DNA from: Candidatus Poribacteria bacterium
GTDB taxonomy: Bacteria > Poribacteria > WGA-4E > PCPOR2b
Length of the DNA: 64,000 nt
Direction: 5' to 3'
Assembly: GCA_965215015.1 (NCBI GenBank)
Contig: OZ244042.1
Coordinates: 2,240,001 to 2,304,000 of the forward strand
In this document: positions 20,072 to 30,083 of the stretch, in pieces
Layout: each line of letters opens with the position of its first letter
Numbering within the stretch: the stretch's first letter is position 1
The notes under the pieces: generated by a model
The model's input: the letters and a program-made list of their open reading frames with translations, nothing else
Told to the model about the DNA's origin: nothing
The model's database searches: none
Made by a program: the position numbers and the translations under genes

Positions 20072-20719
20072 TTAATCTGCCTTGGCGGCTTGCACAGCTT
20101 CTATTAACTTTTTCGCTTTCTCTGTCAGGAGATCAAATCGTCCATCAGCAATTACCTGATTATTGACGAGAGTGCTCCCCACACCAAGTGCGGCTGAACC
20201 TGCCTTGATAAATTCTCCGGCGTTATCAACACTCACGCCTCCGGTGGGGATCAGTGGAATATGCGGTAAAGGTGCCTTTACGTCTTTGATGTAGCTTGGT
20301 CCCACCCCACTTGACGGGAAAACTTTTACATAGTCTGCTCCGGCTTCCCATGCAGCCAAAATCTCCGTCGGGGTAAACGCGCCCGGCATCACGATTTTAC
20401 TGTATCGATTGCAAATTTCGATAACATCCGGTTTCGTCACAGGACTGACAACAAACTCCGCACCTGCGAGCATCGCTGCCCGCGCGGTTTCGGCATCGAG
20501 CACCGACCCAACACCTACTAGCACTTCTTCGCCGTATTGTGCGGCGACATCACTAATAACGCTTAACGCATTTGGGGTTGTCATCGTGACTTCAATTAGA
20601 TCGACACCGCCGGCTTTGATTGCTGCTGCAACCTCTATTAATTCAGCGGAACTATTCGCACGAATGATGGCGACGACCCCGCAGGATTCGACCCGTTGCA
20701 TCTGTTCCAGTTTAGTCAT
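20072..20719 (-). CDS. eda: KDPG/KHG aldolase
   Basis: VVAIIR, EVTMTTP, GAEFVVSP, PGAFTPTEI, VKVFP, PTGGV; start at MTKLEQ behind GAGGT. Confidence 0.93.
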   Translation of the reverse strand: MTKLEQMQRVESCGVVAIIRANSSAELIEVAAAIKAGGVDLIEVTMTTPNALSVISDVAAQYGEEVLVGVGSVLDAETARAAMLAGAEFVVSPVTKPDVIEICNRYSKIVMPGAFTPTEILAAWEAGADYVKVFPSSGVGPSYIKDVKAPLPHIPLIPTGGVSVDNAGEFIKAGSAALGVGSTLVNNQVIADGRFDLLTEKAKKLIEAVQAAKAD

Positions 20720-20814
20720 ATTTACCTCGATCACGATAGGTCATTGAAAATTCTCCAGAATACTTAACACCTTACTTTTTTGTTGCTATTTAGTCATGTG
20801 TCCAGTAGCTTCCC

Positions 20815-21528
20815 TTACAAAATACCAAGCGGGGGTGTTACGACAATTTCGTCCGTGACCACGCCAGCCGGTTGCATTGCAACAAAAAGAATGGTCTCCG
20901 CAACATGCTCCGGTTTCAACATCAAATTCGGGTCAGGGTGTCCCGCAATCTCAGCCCAGAATGGCGTATCAACCGATCCGGGGGAGACTGCCGTGACACG
21001 GATATTCGCGCCTCTGATTTCCTCCGCCAGAACCTTCGTAAACGCTAGTGCCCCTGCCTTTGCTGCACAATACGCGCTCGATGCTTTGAAGGGAACTTTC
21101 GCAGCAATCGACAGCACATTGATAATTTGACCGGATTGACGTGTCAGCATAGAAGGGAGCACGTATTTGGAGCAAAGATACGTACTTTTGAGATTAGAGG
21201 CAACCACTTGCGCCCATACTTCCGGATCCGAATCGGCGATCATCTCGAAGACACCGATCCCTGCATTGTTCACAAGGAGGTCGATTTGATCATAGGTCTC
21301 TAGTGTTTGATTGACTAGGGTTTCCACTGCTTCTGCCTGTGTTACATCTGTCGGTACAATGAGGGCTTCTCCACCCTCTGTGCCTATGAGATTGGCAGCT
21401 GTTTCGAGGTCATACTGTGTGCGTGCTGCGAGGACAACTTTTGCTCCTGCCCGCGCAAACGCCAAAGCGGTGGCGCGACCGATGCCCCGCGATGCTCCTG
21501 TTATAATTGCAACTTTGTCCTTCAACAT
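20815..21528 (-). CDS. SDR oxidoreductase, probable sepiapterin reductase-like
   Basis: TGASRGIG, NNAG, YCAAK, PGSVDTPFW; directly downstream of PTPS and folE. SDR call is firm, substrate is inferred. Confidence 0.75.
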   Translation of the reverse strand: MLKDKVAIITGASRGIGRATALAFARAGAKVVLAARTQYDLETAANLIGTEGGEALIVPTDVTQAEAVETLVNQTLETYDQIDLLVNNAGIGVFEMIADSDPEVWAQVVASNLKSTYLCSKYVLPSMLTRQSGQIINVLSIAAKVPFKASSAYCAAKAGALAFTKVLAEEIRGANIRVTAVSPGSVDTPFWAEIAGHPDPNLMLKPEHVAETILFVAMQPAGVVTDEIVVTPPLGIL

Positions 21529-21572
21529 CTCGATTCCCTTCAAGCTGTCCTGTGTTTATGACCAAACCGCAT

Positions 21573-22166
21573 CTAAATACATCTCATGAACTCTGCCCGG
21601 GTGGAGCTTTTATCTCGAAACTCTCCGAGCATCACATTGGTCATCGTTTGCGAGTGCTGTTTCTGTACGCCACGAACCATCATGCACATATGCTGTGCCT
21701 CCATGACAACAGCGACCCCAGCCGGATTCAACACTTTTCGTAATGCCTCCGCAATCTGCCGCGTCAATCTCTCTTGCACCTGTAGGCGGCGAGCGAACAT
21801 ATCCACAATTCGTGGAATTTTACCGAGCCCAATGATTTTTTTGCGAGGAATATACCCAACATGGCACTTGCCAAAAAATGGTAAAATATGATGCTCACAG
21901 AGACTATAATACTCAATGTCTTTGACGATGACCATTTCGTCGTACTCTTCCTCGAAGATAGCATCGTTCAAAATTTCCTCGACATTTTGGTGGTATCCCT
22001 GTGTCAAAAACTGAAGGGCTTTCGCTGCACGTTGCGGTGTCCTCAAGAGTCCCTCTCTTGTCAAATCTTCGCCAATACCCTCCAACATCTGCTCATAGAT
22101 ATATGTCAGTTTTGAATCGGTGGTAGCTGGTCCGTTGTCAATTGAGTCTGCGTGATAAATTTTCAT
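21573..22166 (-). CDS. folE: GTP cyclohydrolase I
   Basis: [38 protein letters not shown]. Confidence 0.97.
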   Translation of the reverse strand: MKIYHADSIDNGPATTDSKLTYIYEQMLEGIGEDLTREGLLRTPQRAAKALQFLTQGYHQNVEEILNDAIFEEEYDEMVIVKDIEYYSLCEHHILPFFGKCHVGYIPRKKIIGLGKIPRIVDMFARRLQVQERLTRQIAEALRKVLNPAGVAVVMEAQHMCMMVRGVQKQHSQTMTNVMLGEFRDKSSTRAEFMRCI

Positions 22167-22169
22167 TAA

Positions 22170-23003
22170 CTAAATTCCGTCTCCGTAGTAATCAAAGTGA
22201 TTCTTGGGGGTTTCTCTCAATCGAAGTTGATGTAACTGAATTGGCTTCAAATTCGGTTCAATAATTTCCCAGAGCACCTTTACAAAGTTCTCAGAGGTTG
22301 GGTTGAGATTCTCAAACTCAGGCGTGTCCAAGTTAAGATGCTTATGATCAAATCGTTCGTAGACCTGCTTCTGAATCGTTTCATCAAGATGAGATAGATC
22401 GGCAACCATGCCGGTTCTGGGATCCACCTCACCTTTTATTGTTACTTCAAGTGCGTAGTTATGCCCATGACCGTAGAAATTGTTACACTTTCCGAAGATT
22501 TCTTGGTTTTCTGCATCGCTGAGTTGCGGACTGTGCAATCGGTGTGATGCACTGAATTCGTAGACTTTCGTGAGATAGACCATTTGCCCCTCTCCATAAT
22601 AGTCAGCAAACAGGGTTGAATCCTCATACAACCTGATTCGATGTAGGATTGTCCCTTTCAGATGCGGTTCAATCGCATACCAAATTTGAATCGCTATATT
22701 CTCGCTTGAAGGTTGCAGATGTGGGTTGCTCGCGAAGGTAGGGTGTTGTACGTTGATGTGCTTGTGATCGTAGTAGCCAACAACTTCCGCCCTGAGAACC
22801 CGGTCCAGATCTGTGATATTGATGACCATCCCGTGCTCGGGGTTAAGTCTCCCTTTAACTGTTGCTTCTAAGACATAGTTGTGACCATGGCTATTTGGAT
22901 TGGAGATTGCTCCAAACAGGGCGTAATTCTCTGCATCGCTGAGTTCAGGAATACGATAGTAGTGCGAGGCTTCAAATGCAATTTGACGCGTAAGGTAGTG
23001 CAC
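22170..23003 (-). CDS. Tandem two-domain 6-pyruvoyl-tetrahydropterin synthase (PTPS/QueD family)
   Basis: Domain 1 FEASH..AISNPNSHGHNY..SSENIA; domain 2 FSASHRL..FGKCNNFYGHGHNY..PTSEN; GTG start. Confidence 0.92.
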   Translation of the reverse strand: MHYLTRQIAFEASHYYRIPELSDAENYALFGAISNPNSHGHNYVLEATVKGRLNPEHGMVINITDLDRVLRAEVVGYYDHKHINVQHPTFASNPHLQPSSENIAIQIWYAIEPHLKGTILHRIRLYEDSTLFADYYGEGQMVYLTKVYEFSASHRLHSPQLSDAENQEIFGKCNNFYGHGHNYALEVTIKGEVDPRTGMVADLSHLDETIQKQVYERFDHKHLNLDTPEFENLNPTSENFVKVLWEIIEPNLKPIQLHQLRLRETPKNHFDYYGDGI

Positions 23004-23087
23004 GATGAAATTCCTTATTCGTGAGACGAGATGCGCTGTTTAGCCCTCACATCACACCGGTTTTTGACACTTGTGGTTCCCTTACTG

Positions 23088-23366
23088 TTACAGCCTAGCA
23101 ACTTCGTTGTCTACCGTTTCGAGCTGCACACGCATTACCCACTCCCCACCGCCGCGAATATGTACATGACGCTTTTTCAGCCATTCTATAAGGGTATTTC
23201 GATCGGGTGCATCCCATTCGCAGACCATTCGACCGAGGACTGTGTCACACTGCACTTTTAAGCTCTTGACGCCGTCGCTCTCCTCTTCAATAAATCGCTT
23301 GACGAGCCTTTCCACGTCTTGTCGTGTCATGCAGGCAATGATATGAGCGGAAACAAATCTAGGCAT
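23088..23366 (-). CDS. Small DUF4242-like protein
   Basis: MPRFVSAH start, 92 aa, GRMVCEWDAPD motif typical of this family. Confidence 0.6.
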   Translation of the reverse strand: MPRFVSAHIIACMTRQDVERLVKRFIEEESDGVKSLKVQCDTVLGRMVCEWDAPDRNTLIEWLKKRHVHIRGGGEWVMRVQLETVDNEVARL

Positions 23367-23415
23367 ATTTGACTCCAATATGGCACTCATCTCTGAGTGC
23401 AGCAGAGTAGAGAGA

Positions 23416-24477
23416 TTAGTCGAGTAATTCCTGACAATTCCAATCCTGAAACTGAATTTGCCGAAGTTTGAATCGGTACGAGCTTTGCCAACCAATCGGA
23501 GGAAAGAGGGTGGCAACCACCGAGAGCCGGTAGTCATAGACACAATCTTCCCAGCTATAGCCTGAAACACCGCCATTGACCAGGCCATTGTAATAGTACC
23601 GCAACAGATCCTTCTCGATGCCGCGCCGTCGTTGTGGAGCCCCCCCTCCGACTAAGTAACAGAGATCATACGGTCCAATCCCTCGTTTATAGGTTTCCCA
23701 ATCGAAAAAATAAAGCCCATCTGTTTCCGGCTTTTTCGGATAAAAGAGATTCCAATTATGCAGGTCACCGTGTAGAAATGTCAAAGCCTCGTTATCTTTG
23801 ATGCGTGCGGCATATAAACGTTGCCAACCGTTGATGGCGTGATGTGCAAAATCAAACATCTCTTGTGGGAATTTGTCCTGAGCCTTGTCAGCAAATTGAG
23901 GAAGCAGCGTCTCTCTCCAATAGTCGCAATAGGTCCGTATAATTTCGGGTGTGGCGGCATCCGCCATACGGAGCGGGCCTCCTTTTCCTCGCAGAAAATC
24001 GGCTTGTGAAATTCGCGGATGCTCCCACCATTGCGTATGGAACTTCAACAATTCATCAATAATCTGTTTGTAGAGAGCGATGGTGAACCCTTCCGCTTTG
24101 GGAGGGGTTTCGTTGTGGGTCGCAGTAGCATCTTCAAAGATGAGATAACATTGACGGGCATTACGGTTATAGTCGAAGTCGTAGCATTGGAAAACCGGTG
24201 GATCGGGCATCTGGGCAGCGATTTCGTTGAAGAAGACCGATTCAGCAACACCGCCCCCAAACCAACCAGCCTTATAATTCTTGAAGATTAGATCGGTATG
24301 CAGCTGATTTTCTGATTCAGTGGAATAGTTCACTTTCAACCGTGTAAAAAAGGCAGCGGTTGATTCAAATGTCTCGCCAAGCTGTATATCAGTTACGGCG
24401 TGCTGTGAAAGGTGCCCGTTCTGTTGGAATCGCGTCGTCAACCATTGTGGTGTAATCTGCTCTGCACTGTCAATCAA
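23416..24477 (-). CDS. Aminoglycoside-phosphotransferase/ecdysteroid-kinase-like small-molecule kinase
   Basis: ITPQWLT N-terminus, LIFED, LHGDLHNWN (Brenner motif), FFDWE, GPYDLCY. Confidence 0.85.
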   Translation of the reverse strand: MIDSAEQITPQWLTTRFQQNGHLSQHAVTDIQLGETFESTAAFFTRLKVNYSTESENQLHTDLIFKNYKAGWFGGGVAESVFFNEIAAQMPDPPVFQCYDFDYNRNARQCYLIFEDATATHNETPPKAEGFTIALYKQIIDELLKFHTQWWEHPRISQADFLRGKGGPLRMADAATPEIIRTYCDYWRETLLPQFADKAQDKFPQEMFDFAHHAINGWQRLYAARIKDNEALTFLHGDLHNWNLFYPKKPETDGLYFFDWETYKRGIGPYDLCYLVGGGAPQRRRGIEKDLLRYYYNGLVNGGVSGYSWEDCVYDYRLSVVATLFPPIGWQSSYRFKLRQIQFQDWNCQELLD

Positions 24478-24554
24478 TTAATTCCCTAGCTCTCTATGGA
24501 TTAGAGTAGTAGAGACGCAAATTTGTGTCCCTACTAGCTCCGTATTATTATTAG

Positions 24555-25403
24555 CTACCCCTTTGCGATAGGTGCGCCGACAAGATTGCCCCACTCTGTC
24601 CAGCTGCCATCGTAGTTGCGTACCTTTTCGTAACCCAAAAGGTACTTCAGCGCAAACCATGTGTGCGAGGAGCGTTCTCCAATACGGCAGTAAGCAACCG
24701 TCTCTTTGTCCGAATCTACCCCCGCACCTTCGTAGATTTCCTTCAACTCGTCGTAGGATTTGAAGGTCCCGTCCTCGGCGACTGCGGTTGCCCACGGAAT
24801 ATTTGCTGCGCCCGGAATGCGTCCCGGACGTTGGGCCGTTTCAGGCAACCCCGGAGGCGCGATAATCTCACCGGAAAACTCAGCCGGGGAACGGACATCC
24901 ACAAGGTTGACCACTCCCTGATCGAGCGTTGGCAAGACATGATCTTTTGTCGCCCGCACATTGTCATCGGGAAATTTAGCTTTGTAGTCGGTGGCAGCAG
25001 GAGAAGGTGTATCCGTGACTAACTCACGACCCTCATCAATCCACTTCTGACGGCCACCATTCATCACTTTCAGCTTGCTTTCATCATGCCCATAGTACCG
25101 GAATTGCCACAGGGCATAAGTAGCAAACCAATTGTTATTGTCCCCATAGAAGATTATTGTGGTATCGTTACTGATGCCAGAATCCTGGCACAATTGCTCG
25201 AACTGATCTTTTGTTAAAATATCGCGCCGCACTTGGTCACACAACTGGGTTTGCCAATTGAGGCCGACAGCACCGCTGATGTGTCCTTCATCGTAAGCCG
25301 CTGTATCCACATCAACTTCTAATAAACGGATGCCCGCGTCGCCACCATGCTCGGCAACCCAGTCGGTGGTTACTAACACTTCTGGGTGGGCGTAGTCTGC
25401 CAT
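24555..25403 (-). CDS. Two-domain thiosulfate sulfurtransferase (rhodanese)
   Basis: YAHPEVLV, GHISGA, DVRSPAEF, active-site YCRIGERS, YDGSWTEW. Confidence 0.95.
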   Translation of the reverse strand: MADYAHPEVLVTTDWVAEHGGDAGIRLLEVDVDTAAYDEGHISGAVGLNWQTQLCDQVRRDILTKDQFEQLCQDSGISNDTTIIFYGDNNNWFATYALWQFRYYGHDESKLKVMNGGRQKWIDEGRELVTDTPSPAATDYKAKFPDDNVRATKDHVLPTLDQGVVNLVDVRSPAEFSGEIIAPPGLPETAQRPGRIPGAANIPWATAVAEDGTFKSYDELKEIYEGAGVDSDKETVAYCRIGERSSHTWFALKYLLGYEKVRNYDGSWTEWGNLVGAPIAKG

Positions 25404-25830
25404 AATGTAGAACCTCCTACCTTAATTTGAAAATTGATATACTCCCTCGTCTGAGCGGAAGATATGGATGATGCCCCATTCCTACTTGAGGTGTGGTGGA
25501 ATGGTAGGAAACGCAGATCCCAATATCGTTGCGTTCCCGATAGATTGGGACTAAGAAGCGTTCCAACCCTTACGGAATCGTAGAAGATACCTAGAACTAG
25601 CGCGCTATAGTCCCGGCTCAATCCGCCCGGAACGTTGCGTTATAGTCCGAGTGTTTTCTGTAATCTTCCCGCTTTGGGCAGAAACAGAACCGGCATCTCC
25701 ATTCTGTACAAGCAATCGTAGCATATTTTCGCTAGAAATACAAGTTTTTTGATAGGATGGAAGGAGGAGAGGACGACAAAAAGGAGTTAAACTGAGGAAA
25801 TGGGCTTTGATGGCAAGATTTGATTAAATA

Positions 25831-25978
25831 TAGGGCTTACGCCGTTGAACACTCAAAGCCTCCGGTTCCGAGAGGCTTGGACCTGTAGTTCGGTGATTTA
25901 TCGCCGCAGCCCCTGATGAATCGGGCAATGACAGCGCGAAAGCTCTGCTACTTTTAGAACTGAAGCGCGTAAGTCCTA
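25831..25978. mobile_element. MITE family A (terminal inverted repeats TAGG(G/A)CTTACGC)
   Basis: TAGGGCTTACGC...GCGTAAGTCCTA; internal similarity to copies at 34090, 35217, 39255. Confidence 0.75.
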
Positions 25979-25997
25979 AAATATCTATAGATTCTAA

Positions 25998-28064
25998 CTA
26001 CTTCATACTGAGAAAAAGATTTCCACCTTCCTCCACGTGGACACGAACCCAAGGTTCAATCCAAATGGTCGTGTCCGGCTGCTCGATGACGACAGGGCCG
26101 GAGAAATTGCTGCCCCACGGGAGGAGTGAGCGATTGTAGATGGGACATGCCACAAACCGATCTTCCACATAGACAGGTCTGACACCTTTCTGTGCGTCTT
26201 GCAATGTGGTTTTGGGGTTGGAAATGAAGTCTTTCAGGGACAGATCTGGGCGTACACCAACCACAGAGGTACGAAGATTTAGCAGGCGGATTGGGATGCT
26301 TTCCAGCAGCGTTTCTAATCCACTAAATGTTTCATCAACTTGCCCGTATTGCCGAAGATAGGCGCGGCGAAAGCTTTCTGCGATAACGGCGGGAGACACG
26401 GGGCCCGCCGGGAGCGGCGTCCGTATGACATGGGTTTGCCCCTCATACGAAATCTCCGCTTCCCGCAAAATACTTACCTGTGTCAGGGGAATCTGTTCGT
26501 TCTCGATTAGCCCCTCTCCCTGTGCGAGGTGTTCAGCAAAGATTCTCTCTGCATCGGTTGGGTCCAGTTCAGGGAGGCGACGGTTAATCATGGTCACGAA
26601 GTCGTGCTGGAGGTCGGCAATGACACACCCCCAGGCGGAGGCGAGGCCGGGGTAGTAGGGGACAAGTGCCTGTGAAACACCAAGCTCCTGTAGAAGGAAA
26701 CTGACCATTAATGGGCCGCCGCCACCGAAGGAGAAGAGAACAAAATCTCGTGGATCATGTCCACGGTCAATGGAGATGCGCCGGATGCTACCGGCGATTC
26801 GGTTGTTTGCGATGGTAAGAATTGCCAGTGCTGCTTCTTCTAAGGAGAGGCCAAGTGGTTTCCCAAGCCTCTCACTGAGAACAGATCGGGCGGTATCAAG
26901 GTCAAACGAAAAATCGGTTGCTCTAGCGATGGGATAGTCCGGGTTGATTCGCCCCAGAATCACGTTCGCATCGGTGACTGTCGGTTCAGTACCACCTAAC
27001 CCATAACAGATGGGACCCGGTTTAGCACCAGCACTATTGGGTCCTACCTGGAGAAGACCGCCCTCATCAATCCAAGCGATACTACCGCCGCCTGCGCCGA
27101 TGGTATGAATATCAATCATCGACACCATGATTGGAATACCAAACTCCGGCTCTATCCCGTTTGAAACCACCGGTTTGCCCTCTGTGACTAGGGACACATC
27201 GAGACTCGTCCCCCCCATATCGTAACCGATTAGGTTCTGAAAACCGCTTTCTGCGGCAATCTTGGTGGCAGCGATGACCCCGGCTGCGGGCCCCGATAGG
27301 ACGGTGTTTACCGAAAAGTCTCGCGCGGCTTCTACCGACATCATCCCGCCGTTGGACTGCATGATGAGAAGATTCCCACTGTAACCGTGTTCTTCTAGGC
27401 GTTGTTCAAGCCGAGCCAAGTAGCGACTTACTATCGGCTGCACGTAGGCATTCACAGTAGCAGTGCTAGTGCGTTCAAATTCACGAAAGAGGGGAAGGAT
27501 ATCTGCTGAAGCAACAATATAAAGATCCGGGAAGCGTGTTTCGAGAAGAGCTTTGGCGTCGTGCTCATTGGCGGGATTGATGTAAGCGTTCAAAAAACTG
27601 ATGACGATGGCTTCGACGCCGGCCGCAACTAGTTCTTCAGCAGCCGCGATAACCTCCTCCTCTATTAATGGGACGAGGATCTCGCCTTCTGCTGAGATAC
27701 GTTCGGAAACCTCTTTGCGCCGATCTCGTGGAATTAAAGGTTCATATGATCCGGTAAGACCATAAAGGTGCGGCCGATCGCGACGCCTTAGCTCTAGGAT
27801 ATCCCGAAAACCGCGTGTAGCAATTAGACCGCAGCGTACACCTTTACGTTCCAAGATGGCGTTGGTCGCCACGGTGGTGCCGTGAATAACCAATTCGATG
27901 TCAGGATAGGAAACCTCAAGCCCATCTAGACCAGTGATTAAACCGATAGATGGCTCACGTGGCGTGGCTGAAGCCTTTCCAATCTGTAGATGCTTTTGGT
28001 TTTCATCTAAAACGACAATATCGGTGAAAGTGCCGCCAATATCCACACCAATAAGTTTTCCCAT
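25998..28064 (-). CDS. Hydantoinase A / 5-oxoprolinase alpha-type subunit
   Basis: GVDIGGTFTD, HGTTVATNA, EFERTST, SGPAAG, DMGGTS, IGAGGGS, PTVTDAN. Confidence 0.95.
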   Translation of the reverse strand: MGKLIGVDIGGTFTDIVVLDENQKHLQIGKASATPREPSIGLITGLDGLEVSYPDIELVIHGTTVATNAILERKGVRCGLIATRGFRDILELRRRDRPHLYGLTGSYEPLIPRDRRKEVSERISAEGEILVPLIEEEVIAAAEELVAAGVEAIVISFLNAYINPANEHDAKALLETRFPDLYIVASADILPLFREFERTSTATVNAYVQPIVSRYLARLEQRLEEHGYSGNLLIMQSNGGMMSVEAARDFSVNTVLSGPAAGVIAATKIAAESGFQNLIGYDMGGTSLDVSLVTEGKPVVSNGIEPEFGIPIMVSMIDIHTIGAGGGSIAWIDEGGLLQVGPNSAGAKPGPICYGLGGTEPTVTDANVILGRINPDYPIARATDFSFDLDTARSVLSERLGKPLGLSLEEAALAILTIANNRIAGSIRRISIDRGHDPRDFVLFSFGGGGPLMVSFLLQELGVSQALVPYYPGLASAWGCVIADLQHDFVTMINRRLPELDPTDAERIFAEHLAQGEGLIENEQIPLTQVSILREAEISYEGQTHVIRTPLPAGPVSPAVIAESFRRAYLRQYGQVDETFSGLETLLESIPIRLLNLRTSVVGVRPDLSLKDFISNPKTTLQDAQKGVRPVYVEDRFVACPIYNRSLLPWGSNFSGPVVIEQPDTTIWIEPWVRVHVEEGGNLFLSMK

Positions 28065-28870
28065 AAAATTGTCGTAAGTCTCCGTACAGAGAGTGCTCCC
28101 TTCGTTTTTTGACGTACTCCCATACCTAAAGTATTGGGATGCCTACCCGCTCCTTTCGGTGTAGAATTATGCTATCAATACGGATACCGAGTCTTTGCCC
28201 GTCTGACAACCGTTGCTGCAATGGACAACGCCCCGCCTGTTAGGCAAAACCTAATAGGCAGAGCCCGATTTATCGGAACCCCTTCGGACAGCCATATCTC
28301 CTGCAACACACTGCTGTAGCAGTATGGGAAAATCGCCAAGGTTTTCCCTGATGACCATTTTCGGCAGAAAGTATAGCCGTAGGTCAATTATACACCCAAA
28401 GGTTTTTGAAAACAAGAAAAACCAATGTGAAAGCAGAGGGGGACCCCCAAATGTAAATGAATGTTTGGGTTTTAGACCTAAAGGGTTTTTGATAACGGTG
28501 TTTTTTTGCCCTTAAAGTTTTCTAGATTCTGTTGATATTTGAGTAGCCGAGATATGAATCTCGACCTACAGGCTACCTGCCGGGATCGCACCGGACCAGA
28601 GGATCGGGCAAGATCCCGACCTACGGAGTATGTCTACTGCTGTCTAGCGATTTATGGCCTATCGTGATACGAGTTGAATGGCGTTACGACAAACTCAAGT
28701 GCGTAACTCCTAATAACATTTGAAATATTTACCCTCAAGCGTCAAGGGAACAACTATAGGGTCATTTAGTTTCCCGTTTTTTGACCGATTTTGACGGGTA
28801 GGCGGAAAATTGCCCCTCGGTCGCAGGCGGGGCATCTTGCCCCGCCCGAAGAATTAAATGACCTTAGTGG

Positions 28871-29950
28871 CTATTGGAGATTTGTTTCGTTTTCTTCGTC
28901 GTGCTCAGCCACGGTATCAGTTTCTGATTCTGACAGCGAGGCAGGGCCAGACAGGGGTTGAATGCCGAGATTCGCACGAACCTTGGCACCGATCTCGGCA
29001 GCAATTTCAGGGTGTTCCACTAGAAAATTTTTAGCATTGCTCTTACCCTGTCCAAGCCGTTCATCGTTATAGGAAAACCAAGGACCACGTTTCTGAACAA
29101 TTCCTGCCTTTACACCCACATCCAAAATCTCGCTGATTTTACAGATGCCTCTGCCGAAGATAACGTCGAATTCAGCTTGGCGGAATGGGGGGGCGACCTT
29201 ATTTTTGGCGACCTTGACACGGATGCGGTTTCCGACTATTTCTTCTCCATTTTTCAGACGGTCTGCCCGGCGTATATCCAACCGAACCGAGGCGTGAAAT
29301 TTGAGTGCCAATCCACCGGGTGTCGTTTCTGGATTCCCAAACATGACACCAATTTTCTGTCGAATCTGGTTGATGAAAATCACACAGGTTTTGGACTTGT
29401 TTGTGACGCTGGACAGTTTACGCAAAGCTTTGGACATCAAACGTGGCAACAGTCCAACATGAGCATCCTCCATATTGCCCTCGATCTCCGCTTGAGGGGT
29501 GAGGGCCGCGACGGAATCAACAACCACAACATCAACAGCTCCACTACGGATTAAGGTCTCAACAATGCCTAACGCCTGTTCTCCGGTGTCCGGTTGGGAA
29601 ATCAGGAGGTTTTCCATGTTGACACCAATCTGTTTGGCATACAGTGGGTCTAGCGCATGTTCAACATCAACAAACGCTGCCACACCATCCTGCTTCTGTG
29701 CTTCTGCAATGATATGAAGCGCGAGCGTGGTTTTACCGCTAGCTTCATGACCAAAAATCTCAACAATTCGTCCACGGGGAACGCCGCCAACCCCCAACGC
29801 AATGTCTAATGTCAGCGAACCTGTCGGGACAACCGCAACAGGAATCACTTCATCGCTATCAAGCCGCATAATTGCGCCTTTGCCGTGCTGCCTCTCAATT
29901 TGAGAGATTGCAAGATCTATCGCTTTCTGCTTCTCCTTACTTAATTCCAT
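28871..29950 (-). CDS. recA: Recombinase RecA
   Basis: [46 protein letters not shown]. Confidence 0.99.
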   Translation of the reverse strand: MELSKEKQKAIDLAISQIERQHGKGAIMRLDSDEVIPVAVVPTGSLTLDIALGVGGVPRGRIVEIFGHEASGKTTLALHIIAEAQKQDGVAAFVDVEHALDPLYAKQIGVNMENLLISQPDTGEQALGIVETLIRSGAVDVVVVDSVAALTPQAEIEGNMEDAHVGLLPRLMSKALRKLSSVTNKSKTCVIFINQIRQKIGVMFGNPETTPGGLALKFHASVRLDIRRADRLKNGEEIVGNRIRVKVAKNKVAPPFRQAEFDVIFGRGICKISEILDVGVKAGIVQKRGPWFSYNDERLGQGKSNAKNFLVEHPEIAAEIGAKVRANLGIQPLSGPASLSESETDTVAEHDEENETNLQ

Positions 29951-30083
29951 GTTGTTAATTCTCCTTTATTATGGCTTAAAATTGCTTCAACGGGTTAATT
30001 TTACCATAACATTTGTTAAAAATCAACAAAAAAAGCAAAGCGATGCCTGAATATGGGATTGAGATGCCGGGCGAGTGCAGTTT

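Noticed and set aside
22170-23003. Annotation as queD (queuosine synthesis)
   Set aside because: Motif is CX5HGH rather than CX3HGH and no queC/queE/queF is adjacent; not excluded biochemically
28080-28310. Glycine riboswitch (GGAGA and CCGAAG-like words)
   Set aside because: The conserved UCUCAGG/UUUCAGG elements are missing; kept only as an unclassified structured leader
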